Shown: one piece after another, positions 10,263 through 17,826 of the stretch
Numbering within the stretch: the first letter of the stretch is position 1
Layout of the letters: each line of letters starts with the position of its first letter
NCBI RefSeq assembly: GCF_000186885.1
Contig: NC_014972.1
Coordinates: 2,550,001-2,582,000, forward strand
Direction: 5' to 3'
Source of the DNA: Desulfobulbus propionicus DSM 2032
Lineage (GTDB): Bacteria > Desulfobacterota > Desulfobulbia > Desulfobulbales > Desulfobulbaceae
Length of the DNA stretch: 32,000 nt
Notes under the pieces: generated by a model
What the model was told of the DNA's origin: nothing
What the model saw: the letters and a program-made list of their open reading frames with translations, nothing else
The model's database searches: none
Made by a program: the position numbers and the translations under genes

Positions 10263-10574
10263 ATGAAAACAGGTCTTGACGCGAACCCTCTCCTCGCCGT
10301 TCCCCAATCTCCGGAAACGCAGCATGCACTCAAGGATCGACAGGCGCTGAAAAAATCCTGCCAGGATTTTGAGGCGATCTTCATCCAATCCCTATTCAAG
10401 GCCATGCGCAAGACCGTCCCTGACAACGGCTTGTTTCCACGGGACTCCTCCAGCCGTATGTATCAGGACATGATCGATCAGGAAATCGCCACCAATATCG
10501 CCCGGAAACAGAGTATCGGCCTGGCGGATCAAATGTATCGCCAGATGGAAAAAAAACTGCCCCCTGAAAAATAG
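10263..10574 (+). CDS. flgJ: Rod-binding protein (FlgJ N-terminal domain family, no muramidase domain)
   Basis: LKKSCQDFEAIFIQSLFKAMRKTVPDNGLFPRDSSSRMYQDMIDQEIATNIARKQSIGLADQMYRQM matches the rod-binding domain. Track start 10236 is TTG; ATG 10263 is more plausible. Confidence 0.85.
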   Translation: MKTGLDANPLLAVPQSPETQHALKDRQALKKSCQDFEAIFIQSLFKAMRKTVPDNGLFPRDSSSRMYQDMIDQEIATNIARKQSIGLADQMYRQMEKKLPPEK

Positions 10575-10619
10575 CCGGTGCCTAGACAATTTTTTCTCAT
10601 GGCGCCGTGTGTTTTTTTG

Positions 10620-10647
10620 TAAAGTTTTTCCCCGCCGAGTCCGATAT
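10620..10647 (+). promoter_or_regulatory. Putative sigma-28 (FliA) promoter upstream of the 10723 gene and flgM
   Basis: TAAAGTTT (10620-10627) - 12 nt - TCCGATAT (10640-10647), against consensus TAAAGTTT-N11-GCCGATAA. Confidence 0.7.
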
Positions 10648-10680
10648 ACAAACTAACAGGAAGAAAAATGCCTGTGAGCT

Positions 10681-10697
10681 TGGGCCAGGATGGCCCA
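10681..10697 (+). promoter_or_regulatory. Leader hairpin TGGGCC-AGGAT-GGCCCA with GGA in the loop (CsrA-site-like)
   Basis: Perfect 6-bp inverted repeat with 5-nt loop containing GGA, followed by ATGGA at 10700-10704 and 10709-10713. The last overlaps the Shine-Dalgarno of the 10723 ORF. Confidence 0.5.
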
Positions 10698-10722
10698 TAA
10701 TGGACTGCATGGAGGCAGAAAA

Positions 10723-11289
10723 ATGGTACAAACAATCAATCAGAACCAGATGCACGGCACGCTTGCGACCTACCAGAGCGCAAGCATCGACATATCCAGG
10801 GTGGCCACCACCAGCATCGACGGCACCAAGGCGAGTACCACGGATACGCTTAACCTGCGACGCGAATCAACCGCTGCCGTTACCTATACCCAATCCATGC
10901 AGCTGACTGCCGCTGACGAATCCCGATACGGGATGTTGCGGGATTTGGTGGCCAACCTGCTGCAGGAACAGGGCGTCAACACCAAGATTGCTGTTGGCAA
11001 CAGCGAAATCGATATTGCGGCCGTCACTCCCGAAGAAGCGCAGGAACTCATCAGCGAAGATGGCTACTTCGGAGTGAAGCAGACATCGGAACGGATTTTC
11101 CAATTCGCCATCGGTGTTGCCGGAGGCGACGCGACACGCATCGATGCCATCAAGCAGGGGATTGACAAGGGATTTGCCGAAGCGAAAAAGGCTTTTGGCG
11201 ACTGGTTGCCCGACATCTCCTACGAAACCTACGATGCGGTGATGCAAAAACTCGATGACTGGGCGGCAGAATCAAAGGCTGTGGCTTGA
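10723..11289 (+). CDS. Uncharacterised flagellar-cluster protein (possibly DUF5610-like)
   Basis: ATG 10723 preceded by GGAGG. MVQTINQNQMHGTLATYQSASIDISR... low-complexity N-terminus, then MLRDLVANLLQEQGVNTKIAVGNSEIDIAAVTPEEAQELISEDGYFGVKQTSERIFQFAIGVAGGDATRIDAIKQGIDKGFAEAKKAFG. Upstream of flgM. Confidence 0.75.
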   Translation: MVQTINQNQMHGTLATYQSASIDISRVATTSIDGTKASTTDTLNLRRESTAAVTYTQSMQLTAADESRYGMLRDLVANLLQEQGVNTKIAVGNSEIDIAAVTPEEAQELISEDGYFGVKQTSERIFQFAIGVAGGDATRIDAIKQGIDKGFAEAKKAFGDWLPDISYETYDAVMQKLDDWAAESKAVA

Positions 11290-11314
11290 TATCTTTTCTT
11301 TATAGGTGAACGAG

Positions 11315-11602
11315 ATGACCGTGGAATTTTTTGGAGTACGCAACATGGGGCAGATAGGCGGTCTCAATAAGTTAGGCCCAGCCGGTGAAACGCAAAAAAC
11401 CTCCAAATCCGAAGGCAAGGGAAATGTGTCCTTCTCGTCGGCCTTGCAGGGCGCGACGGCGACGCTTGCGACCGGCAAGGCCGAGGACGCGGAACGCGCC
11501 GCGCGGGTACAGGAACTGAAGGCCCAGGTGGCCAATGGCCAGTACGAGCCGGATCTGAACAAGGTGGCTTCCAGTCTGCTCAAGTTCCTGGTCGAGGGTT
11601 GA
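11315..11602 (+). CDS. flgM: Anti-sigma-28 factor FlgM
   Basis: C-terminal AARVQELKAQVANGQYEPDLNKVASSLLKFL is typical of FlgM. AGGTGA precedes ATG 11315 (track start GTG 11306). Confidence 0.88.
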   Translation: MTVEFFGVRNMGQIGGLNKLGPAGETQKTSKSEGKGNVSFSSALQGATATLATGKAEDAERAARVQELKAQVANGQYEPDLNKVASSLLKFLVEG

Positions 11603-11606
11603 GAAC

Positions 11607-11960
11607 ATGGAACGTGAAACCGTGCGCGCCCTGCTGGTTCAGTTGCGCGAAACCATTCAAGCCGAGCGCGAGCATGCCAAAATGTTGGACCTGGCCTCGA
11701 TGATGGCCGATATCCGGCGCAAGGAGGCGATCATTCTCGCGCTCAACGGCGTAGACACTCTCCACCCCGATGACCAACAGGTTGCCCGGGAGATTCAGCG
11801 GGAAAACCGGCGCAACGCCTTCCTCTTCCGCGCGACCCTCAACTGGATCCAGGACACCATGGAATTCTTTGGCCGCAAGTCGGTTCCAGTCACCTACAAT
11901 CCTTATGGGCGTTCGCAGAATTCCACCATCAACGGCCGTCTGCTTTCCGGCAGAATCTGA
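11607..11960 (+). CDS. flgN: FlgN-like flagellar chaperone
   Basis: Small helical protein between flgM and flgK: LLVQLRETIQAEREHAKMLDLASMMADIRRKEAIILAL ... GRSQNSTINGRLLSGRI. Confidence 0.72.
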   Translation: MERETVRALLVQLRETIQAEREHAKMLDLASMMADIRRKEAIILALNGVDTLHPDDQQVAREIQRENRRNAFLFRATLNWIQDTMEFFGRKSVPVTYNPYGRSQNSTINGRLLSGRI

Positions 11961-12075
11961 GCGCCCACTTTCCAGCACCGCCGTCTCCTCTCTGTTCCTC
12001 CATCGCCCGCCGCTGGGCGACACTTCTGAATTTTTCATTCAAATCAAAATATTACGGCATTTTCTCCGCTCGAGC

Positions 12076-12103
12076 TAAACTCATTTCCCCCTCGTGCCGA
12101 TAG
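12076..12103 (+). promoter_or_regulatory. Putative sigma-28 promoter upstream of flgK
   Basis: TAAACTCA (12076-12083) - 12 nt - GCCGATAG (12096-12103). The -10 element matches 7/8 of the FliA consensus. Confidence 0.65.
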
Positions 12104-12120
12104 TAATATAACGTAACAAT

Positions 12121-12160
12121 TTGTTGCCAAGAATAGACGATCCTCGCTCCGGGGCAACAA
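12121..12160 (+). promoter_or_regulatory. Inverted repeat in flgK 5' leader
   Basis: TTGTTGCC (12121-12128) ... GGCAACAA (12153-12160), perfect 8-bp arms, 24-nt loop. Confidence 0.5.
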
Positions 12161-12209
12161 CGCGCTCCTAGCCCGATCGCCCTCGATTCGTCAGAGAAAC
12201 CACAGTGCC

Positions 12210-13607
12210 ATGACCAGCCTTCTCAACGCATTGAATGCCGGCAAAACCAGCCTGCTGACCAATCAGAAATCCATCGAGATCGTCGGCAACAACATCGCCA
12301 ACGTCAACACCGAGGGCTATTCCCGGCAGCGCGCCGAGTTGATGCAGATCCCGGCGGTCAACTTCGGTGATTTTTTTGTTGGCCAAGGGGTGACCGTTTC
12401 CAATGTCAGCCGGGATTACAGTGTGTTCATCAACCGGCAGCTGCAAGAGAAGTCGATTGAATATGGCGAGGAAACAGGAAAATCCGATTCGCTCGCCGAA
12501 CTGGAGCGCATCTTCAACGTCACCGAGGACAATCTTGCCTCGGATATCAACGATTTCTTTGACGCCTGGCAGGAGCTGACCGCCAACCCGAGCGGCCAAG
12601 TGGAACGGGATGTGGTGATCCAACGGGGCAACCTGTTGGGAGAGGCTTTCCGCAGCATCACCGACGAGTTGGACACCGTTGAGCAAAACATGAACACCGC
12701 GATCATCGCCGAGGTTGAATACCTCAATGAAAAAATAGCGGAAATCGCCAAACTGAATGATCGGATCAATCTGGTCGAAATCTCCGGTCAAACGGCCAAC
12801 GCCGCCCGCGATCAACGCGATCTGATCATCAAGGATCTTTCGCAAACCCTTGGCATCCAAACCTATACCGACAATCGCGGGATGCTGTGCGTACAGCTGC
12901 CGGGCGGCATGCCGCTGGTCCAGGGCACCATGGCCTCGACCGTCAAGACGGTCACCGTGGGAACGGATGTCAATCTGCAGCTGGAAACCGTTGGCGTGAC
13001 CCTCGACATCGGTTTGAACAATCTTGGCGGTAAATTCAAAGGGATGTTCGAGATGCGCGATGTCTTTATCGACAACCTGCGCAGCGATCTCAACACCCTG
13101 GCCATAGACCTGACCAGCGCAGTCAACGCGGAACATGTGACCGGATATGGTTCAAACGGCCTGAGCGGCTATCTCTTCTTCAATGATATCAGCGCGCTTC
13201 CTCCCGGAGAGATTGCCAGCCGCAATGTTCTCGTCGCCATTACCGACACCACCCAGGTGGCCGCCGCGGGCAACCCCTCGGCCGCGCCCGGAGACAATGA
13301 AACCGCGCTGCGCATCGCCCAACTGGAAGTAACCCACAAGGTTGGCACGACCAACGACACCTTTGACAATTTCTTCAGCCAGATGGTGGCCACGGTGGGG
13401 ATCGAGGCGGCACGCAACGATTTGGCCCTCCAAGGGGCTCAAGACGCGGCAGTGCAACTGCAAAACCTCCGCGACGGCTATTCCGGAGTCTCCCTGGAAG
13501 AAGAAATGATCGATCTCATCCAATATCAGCGCGGGTTTGAATCCTCGGCCAAGTTTCTCGCCACGGTCGATGAAATGATGAATGCACTCCTTCAGCTCAA
13601 GGGATAA
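12210..13607 (+). CDS. flgK: Flagellar hook-associated protein 1 FlgK
   Basis: MTSLLNALNAGKTSLLTNQKSIEIVGNNIANVNTEGYSRQRAEL ... YSGVSLEEEMIDLIQYQRGFESSAKFLATVDEMMNALL. Confidence 0.96.
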   Translation: MTSLLNALNAGKTSLLTNQKSIEIVGNNIANVNTEGYSRQRAELMQIPAVNFGDFFVGQGVTVSNVSRDYSVFINRQLQEKSIEYGEETGKSDSLAELERIFNVTEDNLASDINDFFDAWQELTANPSGQVERDVVIQRGNLLGEAFRSITDELDTVEQNMNTAIIAEVEYLNEKIAEIAKLNDRINLVEISGQTANAARDQRDLIIKDLSQTLGIQTYTDNRGMLCVQLPGGMPLVQGTMASTVKTVTVGTDVNLQLETVGVTLDIGLNNLGGKFKGMFEMRDVFIDNLRSDLNTLAIDLTSAVNAEHVTGYGSNGLSGYLFFNDISALPPGEIASRNVLVAITDTTQVAAAGNPSAAPGDNETALRIAQLEVTHKVGTTNDTFDNFFSQMVATVGIEAARNDLALQGAQDAAVQLQNLRDGYSGVSLEEEMIDLIQYQRGFESSAKFLATVDEMMNALLQLKG

Positions 13608-13610
13608 GTC

Positions 13611-14579
13611 ATGAAAGCCACACAGGGAACGACCTATCGGATGCTGGGTTCTCGTCTCAACACGGTTGCCACGCAGCTGGAAGAACTGCGCAGCATTGGG
13701 GCCACCGGAAAGAAGCTCAACAACCCCTCGGACGATCCAGCCTCGATCCGCCCGGTGCTCAACACCCGCAAGCAGCTCTCCAATGTTGACCGCTACCTCG
13801 AAACCATGGGCAAGTCCCTGGACACCATGCAGGCCACCGACGGCCATCTTGAGCATGTGGAAAATATCATGCAGCGGGCCAAGGAAATCATGACCAATGC
13901 CATCAACGGCTCTCTCAACGATGCCGATCGATCGGTGCTGGCCGATGAAATCGCCCAGATCCGCAAGGAACTGCTCGACGCGGCCAACGGCATGGTGGGC
14001 GGCAAATACCTCTTTGCCGGCTATGAGGAAGATACTGTTCCCTTTGTGACCAATCCGGCCTACGACCCGGCCCTGTACGACCCAACCGATTCAACCACCT
14101 GGCCCTACCTTTATCAGGGGGATGAAAATTCCACCTCGCTGGAAATCACCACCGGCGAACTCATCCAGGTGAACCTGACCGGCAACGATCTTTTTTTCGG
14201 GACCTCAAGCTGGGACCCGGCAAATCCCAACAGCATCGAACCCGGCCGGTACGATCTGTTTGCCGAACTCACCCAAGCCGAGGAAGCCATCCGCGCCAAC
14301 GATCAGACTGCCATGCAGACCAGTCTCGCCGATCTGGAAGGGGCAGCCGAACAGAATCGGCGGTTGCGTTCCCAACTCGGCAATCGGGCCAGCCGGGTCG
14401 AAACCGCGATGGACTATCAGGAAGGCGTGCGGGTGGATCTCAAACAAATCCTTTCCCGCTACGAGGATGCCGATGCCATCGAGTCCTTCAATGCCATCGT
14501 CCAGCAGGAAACCGCTTTCCAGGCGGCGCTCAACGTCACCGCCAAGGTTTCGCAACTGTCCATCCTCGATTTCATCTAG
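13611..14579 (+). CDS. flgL: Flagellar hook-associated protein 3 FlgL
   Basis: Flagellin-like N-terminus TYRMLGSRLNTVATQLEELRSIGATGKKLNNPSDDPASIRPVLNTRKQL; C-terminal DADAIESFNAIVQQETAFQAALNVTAKVSQLSILDFI. Confidence 0.94.
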   Translation: MKATQGTTYRMLGSRLNTVATQLEELRSIGATGKKLNNPSDDPASIRPVLNTRKQLSNVDRYLETMGKSLDTMQATDGHLEHVENIMQRAKEIMTNAINGSLNDADRSVLADEIAQIRKELLDAANGMVGGKYLFAGYEEDTVPFVTNPAYDPALYDPTDSTTWPYLYQGDENSTSLEITTGELIQVNLTGNDLFFGTSSWDPANPNSIEPGRYDLFAELTQAEEAIRANDQTAMQTSLADLEGAAEQNRRLRSQLGNRASRVETAMDYQEGVRVDLKQILSRYEDADAIESFNAIVQQETAFQAALNVTAKVSQLSILDFI

Positions 14580-14602
14580 GCACGCCAACCGATTCAAACT
14601 GC

Positions 14603-14631
14603 TTGCCTTTTTCCTCGTTTTACACGATACT
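14603..14631 (+). promoter_or_regulatory. Possible sigma70-type promoter upstream of csrA
   Basis: TTGCCT - 17 nt - GATACT; imperfect match. Confidence 0.3.
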
Positions 14632-14648
14632 GCCCCTCAAGAATCGTT

Positions 14649-14702
14649 GTTGCCACCCGGTGATCGCTGTTGGATTCCAACCGGACGATCGCCTGTGGCA
14701 AC
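14649..14702 (+). promoter_or_regulatory. Extended hairpin in flgL-csrA intergenic region
   Basis: GTTGCCAC (14649-14656)/GTGGCAAC (14695-14702), GGTGATCG (14659-14666)/CGATCGCC (14686-14693, one G-U), GTTGG (14669-14673)/CCAAC (14677-14681). A pyrimidine-rich tract follows. Confidence 0.65.
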
Positions 14703-14766
14703 CTCTTCTTCTCTGTCCCTTTTCTCTTTTTTTCGGGCCTGTCCCGAATTGTTTACAGGTGCGATT

Positions 14767-15012
14767 ATGCTGGTGCTGACCAGAAAACCCGGTGAAGGCA
14801 TTATCATCGGGGACAATATTACCATCAAGATCATTGAGATGAAAAGCGGTGGCATTCGCATCGGCATCGAAGCGCCGCGCGACACCAAGATTTACCGTCA
14901 GGAAGTCTTTGACCGCATCCGTCAGGAAAACATTGAAGCAGCGGCCGGTTGGGATATGACCGACCTGGATATCCTCAGTGACAAGCTCGCAGGAAGGACG
15001 TTGAAAAAATGA
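14767..15012 (+). CDS. csrA: Carbon storage/translation regulator CsrA
   Basis: MLVLTRKPGEGIIIGDNITIKIIEMKSGGIRIGIEAPRDTKIYRQEVFDRIRQEN, 81 aa. Confidence 0.97.
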   Translation: MLVLTRKPGEGIIIGDNITIKIIEMKSGGIRIGIEAPRDTKIYRQEVFDRIRQENIEAAAGWDMTDLDILSDKLAGRTLKK

Positions 15013-15440
15013 AAACCATCATCACCCGTTTTGGCGAGGTTGAATACGACCCATCTCATGTCATTCATTTCCCGGAAGGATTGATCGGCCTTGATCAGTT
15101 GAAGCGTTTTCTTGTGATGCCCAATAAAAAGCAAGGCCCGCTGTTCTGGATCCAATGCGTCGACGATCCGGCTTTTGCCTTTGTGGTGACCGACCCAACC
15201 AATTTCTTTCTCGACTATGTTGTCCTGCCCGATGAAAACGAGCGGCAAAAACTCGGTATCGACGAAAACGGCACCTGTTTTGTCTTGGCGATCGTCTCTG
15301 TTTCCGAGACCAAAGAGATCACCCTCAATCTTTCCGGTCCGATTCTCTATGCTCCGGAAACCAACAGAGGACTCCAGGTTATTCTTGAGGATCCCCGATA
15401 CGACACCAGAACGCCCCTGCCCAAAATAGACAAACGCTAA
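15009..15440 (+). CDS. fliW: Flagellar assembly factor FliW (CsrA antagonist)
   Basis: MKTIITRFGEVEYDPSHVIHFPEGLIGLDQLKRFLVM ... WIQCVDDPAFAFVVTDP; ATGA overlap with csrA. Confidence 0.95.
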   Translation: MKTIITRFGEVEYDPSHVIHFPEGLIGLDQLKRFLVMPNKKQGPLFWIQCVDDPAFAFVVTDPTNFFLDYVVLPDENERQKLGIDENGTCFVLAIVSVSETKEITLNLSGPILYAPETNRGLQVILEDPRYDTRTPLPKIDKR

Positions 15441-15468
15441 TTCGCTGGCTTCTTTCTTGTTTTTCCTG

Positions 15469-15503
15469 GCCTCCGGACGAAAAATCGTCTGGAGGCTTTT
15501 TTT
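15469..15503 (+). terminator. Rho-independent terminator after fliW
   Basis: GCCTCCGGACGA-AAAA-TCGTCTGGAGGC followed by TTTTTTT; 12-bp stem with one G-U pair. Confidence 0.9.
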
Positions 15504-15543
15504 ATCGCTGTCCCGGCGTGCCGTCCACTCTGGGTGACCGGGA

Positions 15544-16212
15544 TCAACACCCTGGTTGTTGGCCGATGATCCCGCGCTGCCGGAGGAAAGCCATGATCGC
15601 ATCGGCAAGAACATCCGGAGGGGTTTCAGCGGCTGACAAAATCACTTCTGGAGACAAGGGGGGTTCATACGGATCATCGACTCCGGTGAACCCAGGGAGT
15701 TTGCCTGCCCTGGCCTGCTTGTACAGGCCTTTTGGGTCTCTGGCTTCGCATACTGCCATGGGGGTGTCGACAAACACCTCGATGAATTCTCCCGGAAGAA
15801 GCGTGTCGCGCACACGGTCCCGGTCGATCCGATAGGGGCTTATGAATGCGGTAATGGCAATGATGCCGGTCTGGGAAAACAACCTGGCCACCGCCCCTAT
15901 CCGCCGAATATTTTCCTCACGGTCGATGGCGGAAAAACCCAGACCGAACCGCTGGGCGAAATCATCACCATGGGTCTCCCGGAGCAGTTGTTTGGTCGCG
16001 TTCAGTCCATGCCGGACATTGTCGCCGTCCAACACCGTGGAATGGATGCCGGCCTGATGGAGCTTGTGGTCAAGCGTGTTGGCGATGGTGCTTTTCCCCG
16101 AGGCGCTCAAGCCGGTCAGCCAAATCACGCACCCCTTGTGCCCATTCAAGAGTTCGCGCTGGCCGCGTGAAACCATCTGCTCATGCCAGAAGACTGCTGC
16201 TTCGTTGTCCAT
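15544..16212 (-). CDS. cysC: Adenylylsulfate (APS) kinase
   Basis: CVIWLTGLSASGKSTIANTLDHKL ... TVLDGDNVRHGLN ... RRIGAVARLF ... GEFIEVFVDTPMAVCEARDPKGLYKQARAG. ATG at 16212 preferred over the longer track ORF starting at 16278. Confidence 0.93.
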   Translation of the reverse strand: MDNEAAVFWHEQMVSRGQRELLNGHKGCVIWLTGLSASGKSTIANTLDHKLHQAGIHSTVLDGDNVRHGLNATKQLLRETHGDDFAQRFGLGFSAIDREENIRRIGAVARLFSQTGIIAITAFISPYRIDRDRVRDTLLPGEFIEVFVDTPMAVCEARDPKGLYKQARAGKLPGFTGVDDPYEPPLSPEVILSAAETPPDVLADAIMAFLRQRGIIGQQPGC

Positions 16213-16284
16213 CCTTTTTCCTCCAAAAGAAGTCATTCCCGCGAAAAAAAGGGACCCCTCTCGGCACAAAACACTCAAGCCGGC

Positions 16285-17373
16285 TCACTCACACCTTGGT
16301 GAACCGCCTCCGTGCACGGCGGCATTCGCGGGGTCGATGATGACCGTAACCGGCATGCCCAGGCGTAATTCCTGGTCCGGGTCGCAGGCAAAGATACGGG
16401 CGCGGTAGACCAATTTGGTGCGCAATTCGGTGGTTTCCACGGTCTTGGGGGTAAATTCGGCGGTGGACGAAATAAAACCGACCCAGCCCTTGTAGATCTT
16501 TTTCGGTTGACTGTCAGTCTGCACCTGCGCCGGCATGCCTTCGCGGATTTTGCCTAGATCTGGCTCGCTGATATAGGCCCGAATCCAGAGCGGATCGTTG
16601 AGCGCCAAGGTCAAGACCGGTGCGCCGGCCGCAGCCATGGCACCGGGTTCGAGGATGCGGTTGCGGATCACTCCGTCGGCCGAGGCCAGCAGGCGGCTGT
16701 CGACCAACCGCTGCTGGGCCAGCTCTCGCGCCGACTGGAGCGCGGTCAGGGTCGCCTCGGCAGCGGCGATATCTTCCCTGCGCGGTCCCTCAATGGTCAG
16801 CGACAGTTCTTGCTCGGCGGTCTTCAGCCCGGCCTGCAGCGTCTGCACTCGCGCCTTGGCACTGTCGATCTCCTGCTGAGAAATGCGGTTGGTGACCAGC
16901 AGTGACTGTTTACGGGCAAGGATCAATTCCGCTTCCCTGAGAGTGGCCCTCGCCGATTCCACGGCAGCGCGGGCCTTTCCGATTTCCTGCGGCCGGCTGC
17001 CGGTTCGCAGCCGCTCCAACTGGCGGGTTTGCGCCTCCACCTCTCCCTTCAGGCGGTCGACCTCCATCCGAAACCGGGCAGGATCAAGCTCCGCCACCAC
17101 CTGCCCTTTCTTGACTAGGGCCCCTTCGTCCACGTGCAGGTGAAGGATCCGCCCCGCATCCTGAAACGCCAGCTGCACCTCGCGAATATCGACATTGCCG
17201 TACAAGGTCAGCGGACCGTTGCCCTGCTCCTCTCCCTGATCCGAACAGGCACTGGCACCGAGCAGGCAGCAACACACAAGTCCAAGCAGGAGGAAGCGAT
17301 ATGGCGAGGCGATGGACAGTGGTGCTCGTCGCTTCATCTGGGCCATGCAATCAACAATTTGTTTCGCCGTCAT
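16285..17373 (-). CDS. HlyD/efflux RND-ABC type periplasmic adaptor, lipoprotein-like
   Basis: [40 protein letters not shown], long coiled-coil, [43 protein letters not shown]. Signal ends GASAC. Confidence 0.85.
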   Translation of the reverse strand: MTAKQIVDCMAQMKRRAPLSIASPYRFLLLGLVCCCLLGASACSDQGEEQGNGPLTLYGNVDIREVQLAFQDAGRILHLHVDEGALVKKGQVVAELDPARFRMEVDRLKGEVEAQTRQLERLRTGSRPQEIGKARAAVESARATLREAELILARKQSLLVTNRISQQEIDSAKARVQTLQAGLKTAEQELSLTIEGPRREDIAAAEATLTALQSARELAQQRLVDSRLLASADGVIRNRILEPGAMAAAGAPVLTLALNDPLWIRAYISEPDLGKIREGMPAQVQTDSQPKKIYKGWVGFISSTAEFTPKTVETTELRTKLVYRARIFACDPDQELRLGMPVTVIIDPANAAVHGGGSPRCE

Positions 17374-17786
17374 TCGCCAATGATCTTGACCAGCACCCGT
17401 TTCTTGCGCCGGCCGTCGAATTCCCCGTAGAAGATCTGCTCCCAGGTGCCGAAATGGAGTTTGCCCTCGGTGATCGCCACGACCACCTCCCTCCCCATGA
17501 TCTGCCGTTTCAGATGGGCATCGGCATTGTCCTCGTAGCCGTTGTGGCGGTACTGGTTGACCGGTTCATGGGGAGCGAGCCGTTCCAGCCACTGTTCATA
17601 ATCGTCATGCAGCCCCGGCTCATCGTCATTGATGAACACCGAAGCGGTGATGTGCATGGCGTTGCACAACAGCAACCCCTCGCAAATACCGCTTTCCGCC
17701 ACGCATTTTTCCACGTCTGGGGTAATGTTGATCAAGGCGCGTCGGGTGGGGACATGAAACCAGAGTTCTTTATGATAACTTTTCAT
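17370..17786 (-). CDS. YjbQ / UPF0047 family protein (secondary thiamine-phosphate synthase-like)
   Basis: [41 protein letters not shown] ... [59 protein letters not shown]. Confidence 0.88.
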   Translation of the reverse strand: MKSYHKELWFHVPTRRALINITPDVEKCVAESGICEGLLLCNAMHITASVFINDDEPGLHDDYEQWLERLAPHEPVNQYRHNGYEDNADAHLKRQIMGREVVVAITEGKLHFGTWEQIFYGEFDGRRKKRVLVKIIGE

Positions 17787-17805
17787 GTGTCGTCTTTGCC
17801 AAAGG

Positions 17806-17826
17806 GAAAAAGCGACCGGTCCGGTC
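17806..17826 (-). terminator. Weak terminator-like hairpin after the HD-GYP gene
   Basis: On the minus strand GACCG-GAC-CGGTC followed by GCTTTTT; only a 5-bp stem. Confidence 0.3.

Noticed and set aside
12003-12020. TCGCCC-GCCGCT-GGGCGA hairpin after flgN
   Set aside because: Perfect 6-bp stem but no adjacent U-tract. Could be a weak terminator or chance in GC-rich sequence; not strong enough to call.
14260-15012. 250-aa track ORF ending in csrA
   Set aside because: The N-terminal 169 codons run out-of-frame through flgL and the intergenic hairpin. Only the 81-codon csrA part (14767-15012) is real.
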